The position numbers and the translations under genes were made by a program. Positions 48,788-58,282 of a DNA stretch of 64,000 bases are shown here, in pieces. Location: assembly GCA_044376115.1 (NCBI GenBank), contig JBILLK010000013.1, positions 64,001 to 128,000 on the forward strand, given 5' to 3'. Source of the DNA: Polyangiaceae bacterium. GTDB taxonomy: Bacteria; Myxococcota_A; Polyangia; Polyangiales; Polyangiaceae. The notes beneath the pieces are model-generated. The model ran no database searches. It worked only from the letters and a program-made list of their open reading frames with translations, and was not told the DNA's origin. The first letter of the stretch is position 1. Each line of letters starts with the position of its first letter.

Positions 48788-50341
48788 CTAAAGCGGCTCG
48801 GCCCAGCGCCAAGTGAGCGGTCCGGCGCGCAGGTCGGAGATGATGTACGTGCCGGGCGGTGGGGGCGCTGCGAGTACGTGGCCGCTGGCGATGACGCCGT
48901 AGACGGGGGCGCGGCCGGTGGTGCCGAGGACGACGCCAGCGTCGAGGTCGACCACGAGCGGCTGGACGAAGGCGACGCGTCCCTCGGCGAACATCGTCGG
49001 GTACTTCTCGATTTCGCCGGGTAGCCGGTGCTCGGAGGCATCGTCGAAGTCGGTGAGATAGAGCGCGGCCTCGCGGCGCAGGAGCATGCGTCGACCGCGC
49101 AGCAGCACGATGTCGTCGCTGTGGCTGATGCGCGCGAAGGTGAGCTCGCGCACGCGCGCCCGCTCGAGGTCGATCACGACCTCGCGTCCGCCGCTCGCGC
49201 GCACGCTGTGGAGCGGCCCGTCGACCGCGTAAGCGGGGTCGGAGTCGAAGGGGTGGACGGTCACGCCGAGATCGATGTGCTCGCCGTCGCGGTGCAGCTC
49301 GAGGCGCGCCACTTCGTTGCTCTCGCGGCACGCGACGAGCACGGCGCCGCTCGCTTGGTGGGTGGCGCCCACGCGGCCCTTGCAGGTCGCCGGGGAGAGC
49401 TCCGCGGTCGAGCCGTCGGCGCGCTCGAGCAGCAGGGCGCCGCTCGAATCGCGGCGTACGAGGCTTGCGCCCATCACGGCGACGAGGTCGGGCACCTCGC
49501 GCGGCTCGCCGCCCGCGAGTCGCGCGAGGCGGACCTGGACAGCGTCCCCCGAGCCGCCACCGAAGTACGAGGCCGAGCGGGCCGGACCACGGCACGGGCC
49601 CTGCGCGAGGTTGGTCCAGCCGCGGCTAGCCGCGAGCACGCCATCGCGGTTGGTGTCCTGCGGGACGGTGCGCAACGCGACGAAATCGCCCTCGAACGAC
49701 GCCGCTACCAGCTTGCCGGGGCCAGGGTCGAGGCGGCGCTCCTCGCCCGTCGCGAGCGCGCGCACGACGACGGTGGGCCGCTCGCCCGGCGTTGCGTAGA
49801 GCATCCGGCCGGCGGCATCGAAATCGACGGGGCGCGTCGAGGCGGCCAAGAGCAGGCTGCGCCGGCCGCCTTCGGTATCGACCAGCTGCACCGACGAGCT
49901 TCGAACCACGACCCAACGGCCGGTGGGATCCGCGCCGAGCAACGCTTCGACGCGCTCGCTCGGACCTTCGCCGACCTGCAAGCGGAGCTCGACGGCGTCG
50001 CCCATGAGCTCTCCGTGCATACCGATTGGTACGCGGATCGTGCCGCTGCCGTCGGTGTCGCGAGGCGCGGTGCAGTAAGCCACCCAGCGGCCCGTCGCGC
50101 CGCTGTGGACGGCCCCGATCGGCACCGCCTCGCCAAGCAGCCGCGCGACCGTGGGCGGCGTCGGCGCGAGCGCAGCGACCGGGCTCGCGGCGTCAGAGGG
50201 CTCGCCCGCCACCGCGGGCACAGCGCTCGCCGACGGGCCCGCGGACGCCGACACGACAGCCGACGTCCCGCTGGGCGCGCTGGGAGAGGCCGCTGCGCAC
50301 GACAAAAGCAAAAGCGAGACCGAGACAAGGAGCGAACGCAC
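48788..50341 (-). CDS. Lipoprotein, probable beta-propeller
   Basis: GTG start VRSLLVSVSLLLLSC; DPTGRWVV-type blades; DTDGSG and DTNRDG loops. Confidence 0.7.
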   Translation of the reverse strand: MRSLLVSVSLLLLSCAAASPSAPSGTSAVVSASAGPSASAVPAVAGEPSDAASPVAALAPTPPTVARLLGEAVPIGAVHSGATGRWVAYCTAPRDTDGSGTIRVPIGMHGELMGDAVELRLQVGEGPSERVEALLGADPTGRWVVVRSSSVQLVDTEGGRRSLLLAASTRPVDFDAAGRMLYATPGERPTVVVRALATGEERRLDPGPGKLVAASFEGDFVALRTVPQDTNRDGVLAASRGWTNLAQGPCRGPARSASYFGGGSGDAVQVRLARLAGGEPREVPDLVAVMGASLVRRDSSGALLLERADGSTAELSPATCKGRVGATHQASGAVLVACRESNEVARLELHRDGEHIDLGVTVHPFDSDPAYAVDGPLHSVRASGGREVVIDLERARVRELTFARISHSDDIVLLRGRRMLLRREAALYLTDFDDASEHRLPGEIEKYPTMFAEGRVAFVQPLVVDLDAGVVLGTTGRAPVYGVIASGHVLAAPPPPGTYIISDLRAGPLTWRWAEPL

Positions 50342-50396
50342 GGCTGAGAGAGTCCCGCGCGCGGCAGAAGTTCCCTTCGCTCGAACCCTGTTGGCG

Positions 50397-51188
50397 TCAA
50401 CGAACCGCGACGGATCGCTCGGCGACGACGGCAACCGAGACTCCGTGGCTTTTCTCCTCCTCGTCGGCGTCACCGCGCTCCAACCAAGTAAAAGCCCGTA
50501 ACTTGTATTGGCCGGGCTGCAGGGGACCGGCCTCGACGCGTTTGCCATCGCGGTAGCGTTCCCGTCGCGCCTTCCAGGAGAACGGCGTCGTAAGCGAGCC
50601 TCCAGGCTCGAGAACGACGTCGATGACCGTCCCGCGCGAGCTGCACTCACTCAGTGTTTCGGCTCCATCTGTGCGCTCGTACTCAATCACCTCGCGACCC
50701 TTGCCATCAACGGCAGTTATCGAAGGTCCACAGGTAAGCCGCACCGTGAGCGCGACGTCGCCCTTGCTCGGGTTGACCAATTGAACCTCGAACTCCCCGA
50801 CCTCGCCCGCCTTCACCTCATCGGGCCCAGCGATCTCGGCCACGATCGCTTCTGGGAGGACGCTCCCTCGCTTGCTGTTTGCGCTCCGGCACTTCTCTTT
50901 GACCGCAGCCCACGAGAGCCGCCCACCTCGACACTCGGCCGACACCGCCAGTCCGAGCGCGGACGCTGAGGAGACGACTGGAGCCGGCGCGCTCGCCGAC
51001 GCGACCGTTGCTTCGGTCGCAGAAGGAGCCACTGTCGCGACTGCCGATAGCGTTACAGTCGCGACCGCCACTGGCTCACCTCGAGGCTCGCTCGGCTCTG
51101 TGCGGGAACAGGCCGTGAGCACGGTGAACCAGCCGAGGAGGATCTTCGAGACAAGGCCTAGCGACGAGCTGGAACGATGGCAAAGCAC
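50397..51188 (-). CDS. Lipoprotein with Ig-like C-terminal domain
   Basis: LTAC lipobox; VKAGE..FEVQLVN...LEPGGSL...LQPGQYKL; start uncertain. Confidence 0.65.
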   Translation of the reverse strand: MLCHRSSSSLGLVSKILLGWFTVLTACSRTEPSEPRGEPVAVATVTLSAVATVAPSATEATVASASAPAPVVSSASALGLAVSAECRGGRLSWAAVKEKCRSANSKRGSVLPEAIVAEIAGPDEVKAGEVGEFEVQLVNPSKGDVALTVRLTCGPSITAVDGKGREVIEYERTDGAETLSECSSRGTVIDVVLEPGGSLTTPFSWKARRERYRDGKRVEAGPLQPGQYKLRAFTWLERGDADEEEKSHGVSVAVVAERSVAVR

Positions 51189-51360
51189 GGCGGGAGCCTA
51201 CCCTGCCCCGTGAGCGCCCCGAAAGCTCGAACCATCCAGCTCACCCGCGCTGCACGCCTCGTTCGCCCCAGAACTCGATGGCCGCATTCTTTACCTCGAA
51301 GAGACGGCAGCCTTCGCCCCGAGCTCCTTTACATGCATATCTCCAAGCACAACGACTAGG

Positions 51361-53415
51361 TCACGCAAATAGTCGCGGGACCGAGACCATGGATCGGAAG
51401 AGCGCGTCACTGTGATGAGCCTCAACGGGGGTCCGCTTCAAGTCATAGCGATCCCACCCCGTCCGACCTTGGTATCCACCGCCATAGGAGTAGGCGTACT
51501 CAATGCCTGCGTCTGTAAGAGCGATACGGGTTGAGCTGTTGAACGAATGCGGCGTCCCATACGGGTACGAGAATGCCCTGACAGGGGCTCCGATCTCGGC
51601 TTCAATCCGCTGACACGACCCTTTGATTTCAACGAGCTGTTCTGACTCACTGAAGCGAGACAGTTCTATGTGGGTCAAGGTATGCCCACCAATGGTCATG
51701 CCACCTCGATGCAACGTACGAATCATATCCCAGCTCATCCACAAGCTGGCGCCGTCGACCGGAGTACATCGTTTGGACGAGATAGCTTGCGACAGCTCAT
51801 CCAGGAAGCTTGCACGCTCGCTCTCCCCTATCCGGTCATAGAGAGCGTTCAGCCGTCGCGCGGCTGCCAACTTCTGTTGGGCATCGCCAAGACTCAACTC
51901 GAGTCCACGAAAGGTAGCTCGATTGCGGGTTTGAGCATGGTTCACCATCCAAGCGAGCTCGTCCCACCAAGGCACGCGGGCCTTGTCAATGAAACCCGTG
52001 CAGATAAAAAACGTCGCGCTCAGCCCCAAGTCAGTAAGCACCGGGAAAGCCAGATCATGGTTATCCCGATAGCCATCATCAAAGGTGATTTGGACATGGC
52101 GTCCGCGCTTGTTGGCAACGCTGGCCACCTCGTCAAAACCGACGACATCAAAGTTGGCTTTCAGAAACTTGAGCTGATCGCGAAATCCCTCCTGCGTGGT
52201 GCTGAATAGGTCTTTATCCCAAACCGTGGTGGGCCACGGCCCAACTCGGTGATAGTTGAGCACCAATAAGCCCTGCCAGGTCGGGGCCGACCTCAGTAAG
52301 GTCCCAGCTCCAGTCCGCTCCAGAATCGACGCCAGTAGTTCCTTTTTTCTCATCTCGGAAACGGGCTTGGCGTGTTGCGATATTTGGGGCGTTGCACTGA
52401 TCTGGGAGCAATCGTTATCACTGTCCCCGGTCATGACAAACCAATCGGGTTGCTTCGCGTCGCGGGGACCTGCGTGCATATACGATCGAAAGCGGAATTG
52501 CCCTACGTAAGGTCTGAAGCCGAACTGTCGCAGACACTTTTGCAGTGCGGGCAAACTCGTTTCGCAACGGATCCGGCGGGAACCAGAGTCGATCAGTTTA
52601 CGGACGGCCGGGTCGAGCAAAGCGTTCATGACCGTAACGTTTTCCCGATCACCCACGTAGTCGACAATCACAGCCTCGATGTCGTCGTGCCGAATCACCA
52701 AAAGGGCCTCTAACTGGCCACTCTTGAACGCCTCGAACACTTCATAGCGAAAGCTCGGGTGATCGCGGTATCTCCAATTCAAATACGCCGTGTCACGGAT
52801 GACCATGCCGACGTCGTCCGCAATGCCCCGTTTCCACAGATAGTCGTGCGAAGTATCAAAGCTGGCGGGACGACCAGTTACAGTGATCACGGGATCTGTC
52901 GGGCGTGCAGGCGCACTCGTCACTCGCAACATGGTGGAGGCAAGGTTCTTGATAGTCCCTTTGGCACCGGGCTCATTGTTTGAGTAGTAAAGCCCCATCA
53001 CGCCATCAAACGGAGCCCATCCCACTTTCGCAAGAATGGGGTCACTCATGTCGCTGATACCGTAACCAAGCGCGAGGGGTGCCTCCTGCGAAACCCGTTG
53101 CAACAAGCCCTTGCCAATACCCAAGCCGCGAAACCGCTCCGACACCAGCGTGTCACAACTCCAGATTGCGGGGACTTCCTCACCTCGAATCCAAGTCCGA
53201 ACGGGCATCATCCCATTCACTCCGGCGACATCGCCGTTCACCGTCGCTAACCAAAACGACGGGCAGCCTTGAACCAAGACGTTGGCCTCCCCAAATTGCC
53301 AGTCAAAAACCGCCGAACGCAAACTGTCATCGATGCCCGGCGCGTTTTGTCGCAACACCTCAAGAATTGCTGATTTGTCAGCTGGTTCGGATCGTCGAAA
53401 AACTACTTCGGTCAT
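51361..53415 (-). CDS. GNAT acetyltransferase fused to polysaccharide deacetylase
   Basis: DTLVSERFRGLGIG; VLNYHRV, ITFDDGYRDN, IGGHTLTH, FSYPYG; visibly more AT-rich. Confidence 0.88.
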   Translation of the reverse strand: MTEVVFRRSEPADKSAILEVLRQNAPGIDDSLRSAVFDWQFGEANVLVQGCPSFWLATVNGDVAGVNGMMPVRTWIRGEEVPAIWSCDTLVSERFRGLGIGKGLLQRVSQEAPLALGYGISDMSDPILAKVGWAPFDGVMGLYYSNNEPGAKGTIKNLASTMLRVTSAPARPTDPVITVTGRPASFDTSHDYLWKRGIADDVGMVIRDTAYLNWRYRDHPSFRYEVFEAFKSGQLEALLVIRHDDIEAVIVDYVGDRENVTVMNALLDPAVRKLIDSGSRRIRCETSLPALQKCLRQFGFRPYVGQFRFRSYMHAGPRDAKQPDWFVMTGDSDNDCSQISATPQISQHAKPVSEMRKKELLASILERTGAGTLLRSAPTWQGLLVLNYHRVGPWPTTVWDKDLFSTTQEGFRDQLKFLKANFDVVGFDEVASVANKRGRHVQITFDDGYRDNHDLAFPVLTDLGLSATFFICTGFIDKARVPWWDELAWMVNHAQTRNRATFRGLELSLGDAQQKLAAARRLNALYDRIGESERASFLDELSQAISSKRCTPVDGASLWMSWDMIRTLHRGGMTIGGHTLTHIELSRFSESEQLVEIKGSCQRIEAEIGAPVRAFSYPYGTPHSFNSSTRIALTDAGIEYAYSYGGGYQGRTGWDRYDLKRTPVEAHHSDALFRSMVSVPRLFA

Positions 53416-53639
53416 AGGGCGCTATCAAGCGGTCAATCGGCTGAGCGCTGTACTGAGCGGCAGCCAATCTGCCGGGAAGAACCTGGGTCCGTCGCCAACG
53501 GCAAGTCGACTCATGACACAGCTTTTGCAGCATTTCAAGCTGTAGCGGCGATGGCGAGACCGTCAGTTTGCTCCACGATGAGGGCGCGCGCGCGTTGGTT
53601 TGGGCGGTAGTCAAGAGCCGAAACGTGAGTGGATGGATC

Positions 53640-53985
53640 TCAGCGACCGCCTTGAGCCTGCTTAAGCGCGACTCCCAGTGCAAGGCAATCGCCTCCAGGG
53701 ACGCGGCCGCTTCACGTGGCCGCTCGACACGTGCCTGGTAGTGGACGTCTGAGGGGTCCACGTGCCGCCTCACCACGCGCGCGTCGAGCAGCACGTTCAG
53801 ATGCTTGGTGATCGCCTGCGCGGGCCGCACAGCGGCCTGTCGGGTAATGGGAAGCAGGCGCGCGAGCTCCGATGCCGAAGCGGAACCGCGCTGCGCAATC
53901 GTAGTAACCAACGGCAAGCGGCTCGGATCACTCAGCGCTGCAAACAGGCGCGCATCGGCCGCGACGCCCTCACGCGTCGGAATGG
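53640..53985 (-). pseudogene. Degenerate ArsR-family regulator
   Basis: LFAALSDPSRL...SASELA..LPITRQA[AVRPAQA]ITKHLNVL...WESRLSRLK; insertion in the HTH, no clear start or native stop. Confidence 0.6.
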
Positions 53986-54270
53986 GCCTTGAGGCTCGGA
54001 TACCCGCCGCGCCAACCGTCGAGACTGATAGGCGCTTTAGGTGTACCTCCCTCGTCCGCCGGAATCAGCGTGGAGAAGCCGCTAGCGAGTCGTGCTTAGC
54101 AGCTTATCCGCCGGATAAGCCGCTTACCGGAGTGCTCGGCTGTGGTCGCCTCAATACCGCTACATAGCAATGCTGGCCCCTCACCTCGCTCCCGAAGAGG
54201 GCACGAGTCATTCTGTTTGCGCCGCTGCGCGCCCATCCACGGCCCCGAACGGGGCGTGCTATCCACGCCG

Positions 54271-54744
54271 CATGCGCAGCTCCCAGATCTTCGCCCTCGC
54301 CGGGTCGGTATGGTTCATCGCGGTCGCAACGCTCGCTTGTGGCAACGCCCCCTCGCATGCCCGGCGCGGGCCCACACGTCTCGCGCGCGCATTCGGCGCC
54401 CGGCGTCGCACTCGGGACCGCGGCAGCCGGCCGTGGCCTGCCCCGACGGCTCGACCGGCGGCAACACAGGGCGCTGCATCGTGCAAGCAGGCGGCGGCTG
54501 CGGCTGGGAGATCCGAGAGTGCCCGAGCGCGGGTGCGCCGGCTCCCGGCGGCGAGTGCGTGCGCGGCGGGTGCAGCGGCACGCTCTGCAGCGAGCCCGGT
54601 AACGACATGATGACCACCTGCGAGTGGAAGCCCGAGTACGCCTGCTACCAGAAGGCCGAGTGCAAACGGCAAGTGGGCGGCACCTGCGGCTGGACGAAGA
54701 CGCCCGAGCTCGACGCTTGCGTGGCGAACCCGCCGAAGGAGTGA
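54271..54744 (+). pseudogene. Copy of the Cys-rich lipoprotein gene with an internal micro-inversion
   Basis: Homologous to 47326-47793 except that 54356-54427 matches in reverse complement. Confidence 0.88.
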
Positions 54745-55145
54745 CCGCGGCGAGAGGCCAGCGAAGCCAACCCGGCGCGCACACTGCGCAGCGGTTCGCT
54801 AGCTACTCAGCGTTTGCAGCCGTCCAATAACGTGCATTCGCCCGGAACGACCGCGGGATATGGGACACCGCGCCCCCGTGGCGCTCGAACGAACGCAAAG
54901 GGGCTATCGATCAAGTTTGCGGAAGTACGCTTCGTAGTACTCGGCGTCGGTAAGCTGAGTCGGCCCGATGGTGGTATTCGCCGGTAGCCCGACGAGCTCG
55001 CCGGAATACCGCTTACGGTGACGAGCTTATGGCAAGCGCGGTCCCCAAGCGTATCGGCGCTCAGCGGCCGGCGGAAGAGAGTGAACCGAGCTCTCGCTCA
55101 CTCGCGTAGTTGCCTATTCGAACGCGCGCCTCAAACCACCTTCGA

Positions 55146-55246
55146 GGGATCGACCCTCGAACTGGACGTTTTGTTGAGAACGGGTGCCGATCGCCCAGGG
55201 ATGGGCGCCTGAATTCAACAAAACGTCCAATTCGAGGTCCCATCCC
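55146..55246. repeat. Repeat family A
   Basis: Matches 2121-2221. Confidence 0.9.
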
Positions 55247-55342
55247 AAGGTCCTGGCCAAGCGTATACAGCGCGGTCCTGGCGACGCTTTCCACGCCCAC
55301 GTCGAGGGCTGCCAGCTACTCCGTGCAGTTCCGTCTGCGGCA

Positions 55343-55978
55343 TCAGCGATAGGTCTGGCAGTTGTTGATGCAATTGGCGCGCGGTATCCCCGTTAGCGGC
55401 GCGCATTGCATGGTGCAGGCGTCATAGCGGTTCTGGCGCTCGCGCGCGGCAGCCTCGGCCTTCGCGGCGCGCTCCTCGGCGGTGCTCGCGCCGACGACGC
55501 GACCGTTCTTGATCGTGAGGTTCGCCTCGGCTGGGTACGTCTTGCCGCCGATGTCGTGCTCGTTGGCGACGTTCGCCCAGACGATCTTGCCCTCACGAAA
55601 GCGGACCTTGTCCCCCGCAAGGAGAGCCAGCCCGTCGTATTCGTGGTCTTCGCCGAGGACGGCGTGCTCCATCTCCAAGTGCCCGCCCCACGCCGTGAAG
55701 ACCAGCTCCGATGCGGCTGGGAAGGTGAGGCCCTCGAGCACGGTCTTCTGCGACAGGGTGATCGACGCGATGCGGTCGTTCTTGAACTTCACCTGCGACC
55801 CGGCGGCCAGCGTAAGCCCCGGGATCGGCGTGGCAGCTGTCGTGAGCTCGATGCGGTCGCGGTCGAGCGCCTTGAAGCTCGTCTCGGGAAAGAGCTGGCG
55901 ATCGCCCATGCAGCCCGGCAGCAGCGTAAACGAACCGAGCAGGAGCAGGGCGGCGAGAAACGTCTTCGTAGTGTGCAT
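55343..55978 (-). CDS. Lipoprotein with beta-repeat region and Cys-rich tail
   Basis: MHTTKTFLAALLLLGSFTLLPGC; repeated GLT(L/F)xAxS.V.F units; C-terminal CxxxC...CxxxC. Confidence 0.75.
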   Translation of the reverse strand: MHTTKTFLAALLLLGSFTLLPGCMGDRQLFPETSFKALDRDRIELTTAATPIPGLTLAAGSQVKFKNDRIASITLSQKTVLEGLTFPAASELVFTAWGGHLEMEHAVLGEDHEYDGLALLAGDKVRFREGKIVWANVANEHDIGGKTYPAEANLTIKNGRVVGASTAEERAAKAEAAARERQNRYDACTMQCAPLTGIPRANCINNCQTYR

Positions 55979-56161
55979 GGCGCGGCCCATCGCAAGCGAC
56001 GTGCCGCTGGATTCACTGCGGTCTTCAGCAGTACTTGCGCTCGGCCGTGTCCTCGAGGACTCGGCCCGAAGGGGGACATCGTGTCCTCGGCGCCCCGCTG
56101 CGAATGCTCGGACAGAGCAGTGCCCTCGCGGCTGCGCCGCTGGGCTCGGCTGCCCGCCGTG

Positions 56162-58282
56162 ATGCGTTCGCTCCTCCTGGTCTCCCTGGCGACGATGGTT
56201 GGCTGTAGCGCTGGGCCTCCTGCGGCGGACCGGCCTGCTGCGGGCTCCGGTTCGGCGCTGACGGTCTCGTCGTCGGCGCCGCTCCTGGTCGGTGAAGCGC
56301 CGGAGGACGTGGACGAGGACACGAGCTACCGCGCGCCGCGCGCCGTGCTCGAGCAGAACCGCAAGCACGAGGCGTACGGCGAGCCGCTGCCTGCGGGCGC
56401 CGTCGCGCGTCTCGGTACCAAGAAGCTTTTCTCCGGCTTCACGGTCGTCGTCGCTGCGGCGGACGCCACCTTCGTCAGCGCGGCGAGCTACTACGTGGGG
56501 CTGCAGAAGTGGGATCCAAAGACAGGCGCGCTGCTCGCGACCAAGCCGCTGAAGCACGAGAGCTACTTCAATGTAGCGGCGACGACCGCCGACCAAAAGC
56601 TCGGGGCCTTCGCTGAATACAAGCAGATCGCTCTCGTGGATCTCGTGACCCTGGAGACGAAGCGAGTGATCGAGGTGTTCGAGGAGCGAAGCGCAGCCCG
56701 GATCCACGACGTCGCGTTCCTCGACGACGGCAAGCTGGTGGTCGCGGCTTGCTCGAAGGACGCATCGGAGGCCCTGCGCATCTTCGACCAGCAGGGTTCA
56801 CTGGTGAGGTCCTTCTCGGTACCGCGTCCCAAAGAGAGCTACGAGGAAGCCTGTGCTGGTCCCATCGCGATCGCGAAAAGACGCATGATCGTCGGGATCA
56901 ACAGGGACGCGCAGCTCATGTCGATCGACGCTGGAGACGTGCAGGGCACGTTCGAGGCCGGCGTCGCGGTCGAGGCCGTGGCCTTCTCTCCCGATGGCTC
57001 GCGGTTCCTCGTCGGTGGTTACGGCGACGCGGGGAACGCCTTCGATACGAAGACGCGCAAGGCCGTCCGCTCGTACGGCTTCTTCGCGCAAAGTGACGGC
57101 GAAGTGCGCGGCGTCGCGTTCTCACCCGACGGCGCATCCGTGGCCGTGTCGGCCTCGTCGGGCGTGCGCGTTTATGAGAGCGCGACCGGCCTGGAGCTCG
57201 CGCGCCTCGGCCAGGTACATGGCGCGGTCAATGCTCAGCACGCGCTGGCGACGATCGGAAACATCCTCGCCTTCCCAATGGGCGGACCGGACCTCATCGG
57301 CCGCTTCGACTGGACGACGGGAGAGCAGCTCACGCCGCACGATCTCGGGCGCCACGATAAGGAGCTGACCGAGGGCGTCCTTACGGCGGATGGCGCGGCG
57401 ATCACGGCGAGCCGGGATGGGACGATTCGCCGCTGGGATGCTGTGACGGGCGCACCGGTCGCGACCTTATCCCACGCGTTCCAGCAGGCTCCGATCGCCC
57501 TCGCGAAGGACGGGGCGCTGCTGTCACTAACGGCATCGAAGCGCGATGAAACAGGCTATCCGAGGCCTCGGTGCGCGATCACCGTGCATGACCCTGCGAC
57601 GCTCGCTGTGCGTGAAGAGCTGGTCTTGCGTGAGCCCAAGAGCCGCGAGGATTGCTTTCCAAGCCGGCTGCTGCTCTCGCCCGACGGTACCATCGCCTAT
57701 GCGCGATTCAGGACACGCTTGATCGCGGCCGAGCTCGCGACCAAGAAGGTCCTCGCTGACGTCGAGCTTCCAGACTACTTCGGCGGCGCGGTCGCGATCC
57801 TATCGGACGGGTCGGTTGCAGCGCGGGACGAGGGCCGCTGGTCAATACGGGACGCCCGCACCCTGGCGAAGCAGCGTGCTACCGACCTCATATTCGAGAG
57901 CCTCGTTGCGTCACCCAAGGGCTTCGTGGCCGCTTCACTGGCGCGGGAATCGGAGAGCCAATTGGTGCTCGTGAGCCTCGAGAGTGGCAAGGAGCTCGCG
58001 CGGGTCGAGGCTCCCAAGGGCCTGCGCTTTACCTCGGCGATGACGTTCTCCTCGGACGGTGGCTTGCTCTACGTGGGAGTCACGAGCGATGGTCGCTCAG
58101 GTGTCGCCGCGATCACGGTGAAGGGCGGCAAGCATTTGGCTGTGCTCGACAAGCTCCACGAGCAAGCGCACCCGATGTCGCGCTTTCTTTCGCTGAGCCC
58201 GGACGGTAAGCGGCTGCTCGAAGGCAATCAGGATCAGACCGGGCTCGTGCTCGATACCGCCAAACTCCAAGGAGGAAACTGA
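56162..58282 (+). CDS. WD40/beta-propeller lipoprotein
   Basis: MVGC lipobox; YGEPLPAGAVARLGT; VAFSPDG repeats; TASRDGTIRRWD. Confidence 0.85.
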   Translation: MRSLLLVSLATMVGCSAGPPAADRPAAGSGSALTVSSSAPLLVGEAPEDVDEDTSYRAPRAVLEQNRKHEAYGEPLPAGAVARLGTKKLFSGFTVVVAAADATFVSAASYYVGLQKWDPKTGALLATKPLKHESYFNVAATTADQKLGAFAEYKQIALVDLVTLETKRVIEVFEERSAARIHDVAFLDDGKLVVAACSKDASEALRIFDQQGSLVRSFSVPRPKESYEEACAGPIAIAKRRMIVGINRDAQLMSIDAGDVQGTFEAGVAVEAVAFSPDGSRFLVGGYGDAGNAFDTKTRKAVRSYGFFAQSDGEVRGVAFSPDGASVAVSASSGVRVYESATGLELARLGQVHGAVNAQHALATIGNILAFPMGGPDLIGRFDWTTGEQLTPHDLGRHDKELTEGVLTADGAAITASRDGTIRRWDAVTGAPVATLSHAFQQAPIALAKDGALLSLTASKRDETGYPRPRCAITVHDPATLAVREELVLREPKSREDCFPSRLLLSPDGTIAYARFRTRLIAAELATKKVLADVELPDYFGGAVAILSDGSVAARDEGRWSIRDARTLAKQRATDLIFESLVASPKGFVAASLARESESQLVLVSLESGKELARVEAPKGLRFTSAMTFSSDGGLLYVGVTSDGRSGVAAITVKGGKHLAVLDKLHEQAHPMSRFLSLSPDGKRLLEGNQDQTGLVLDTAKLQGGN

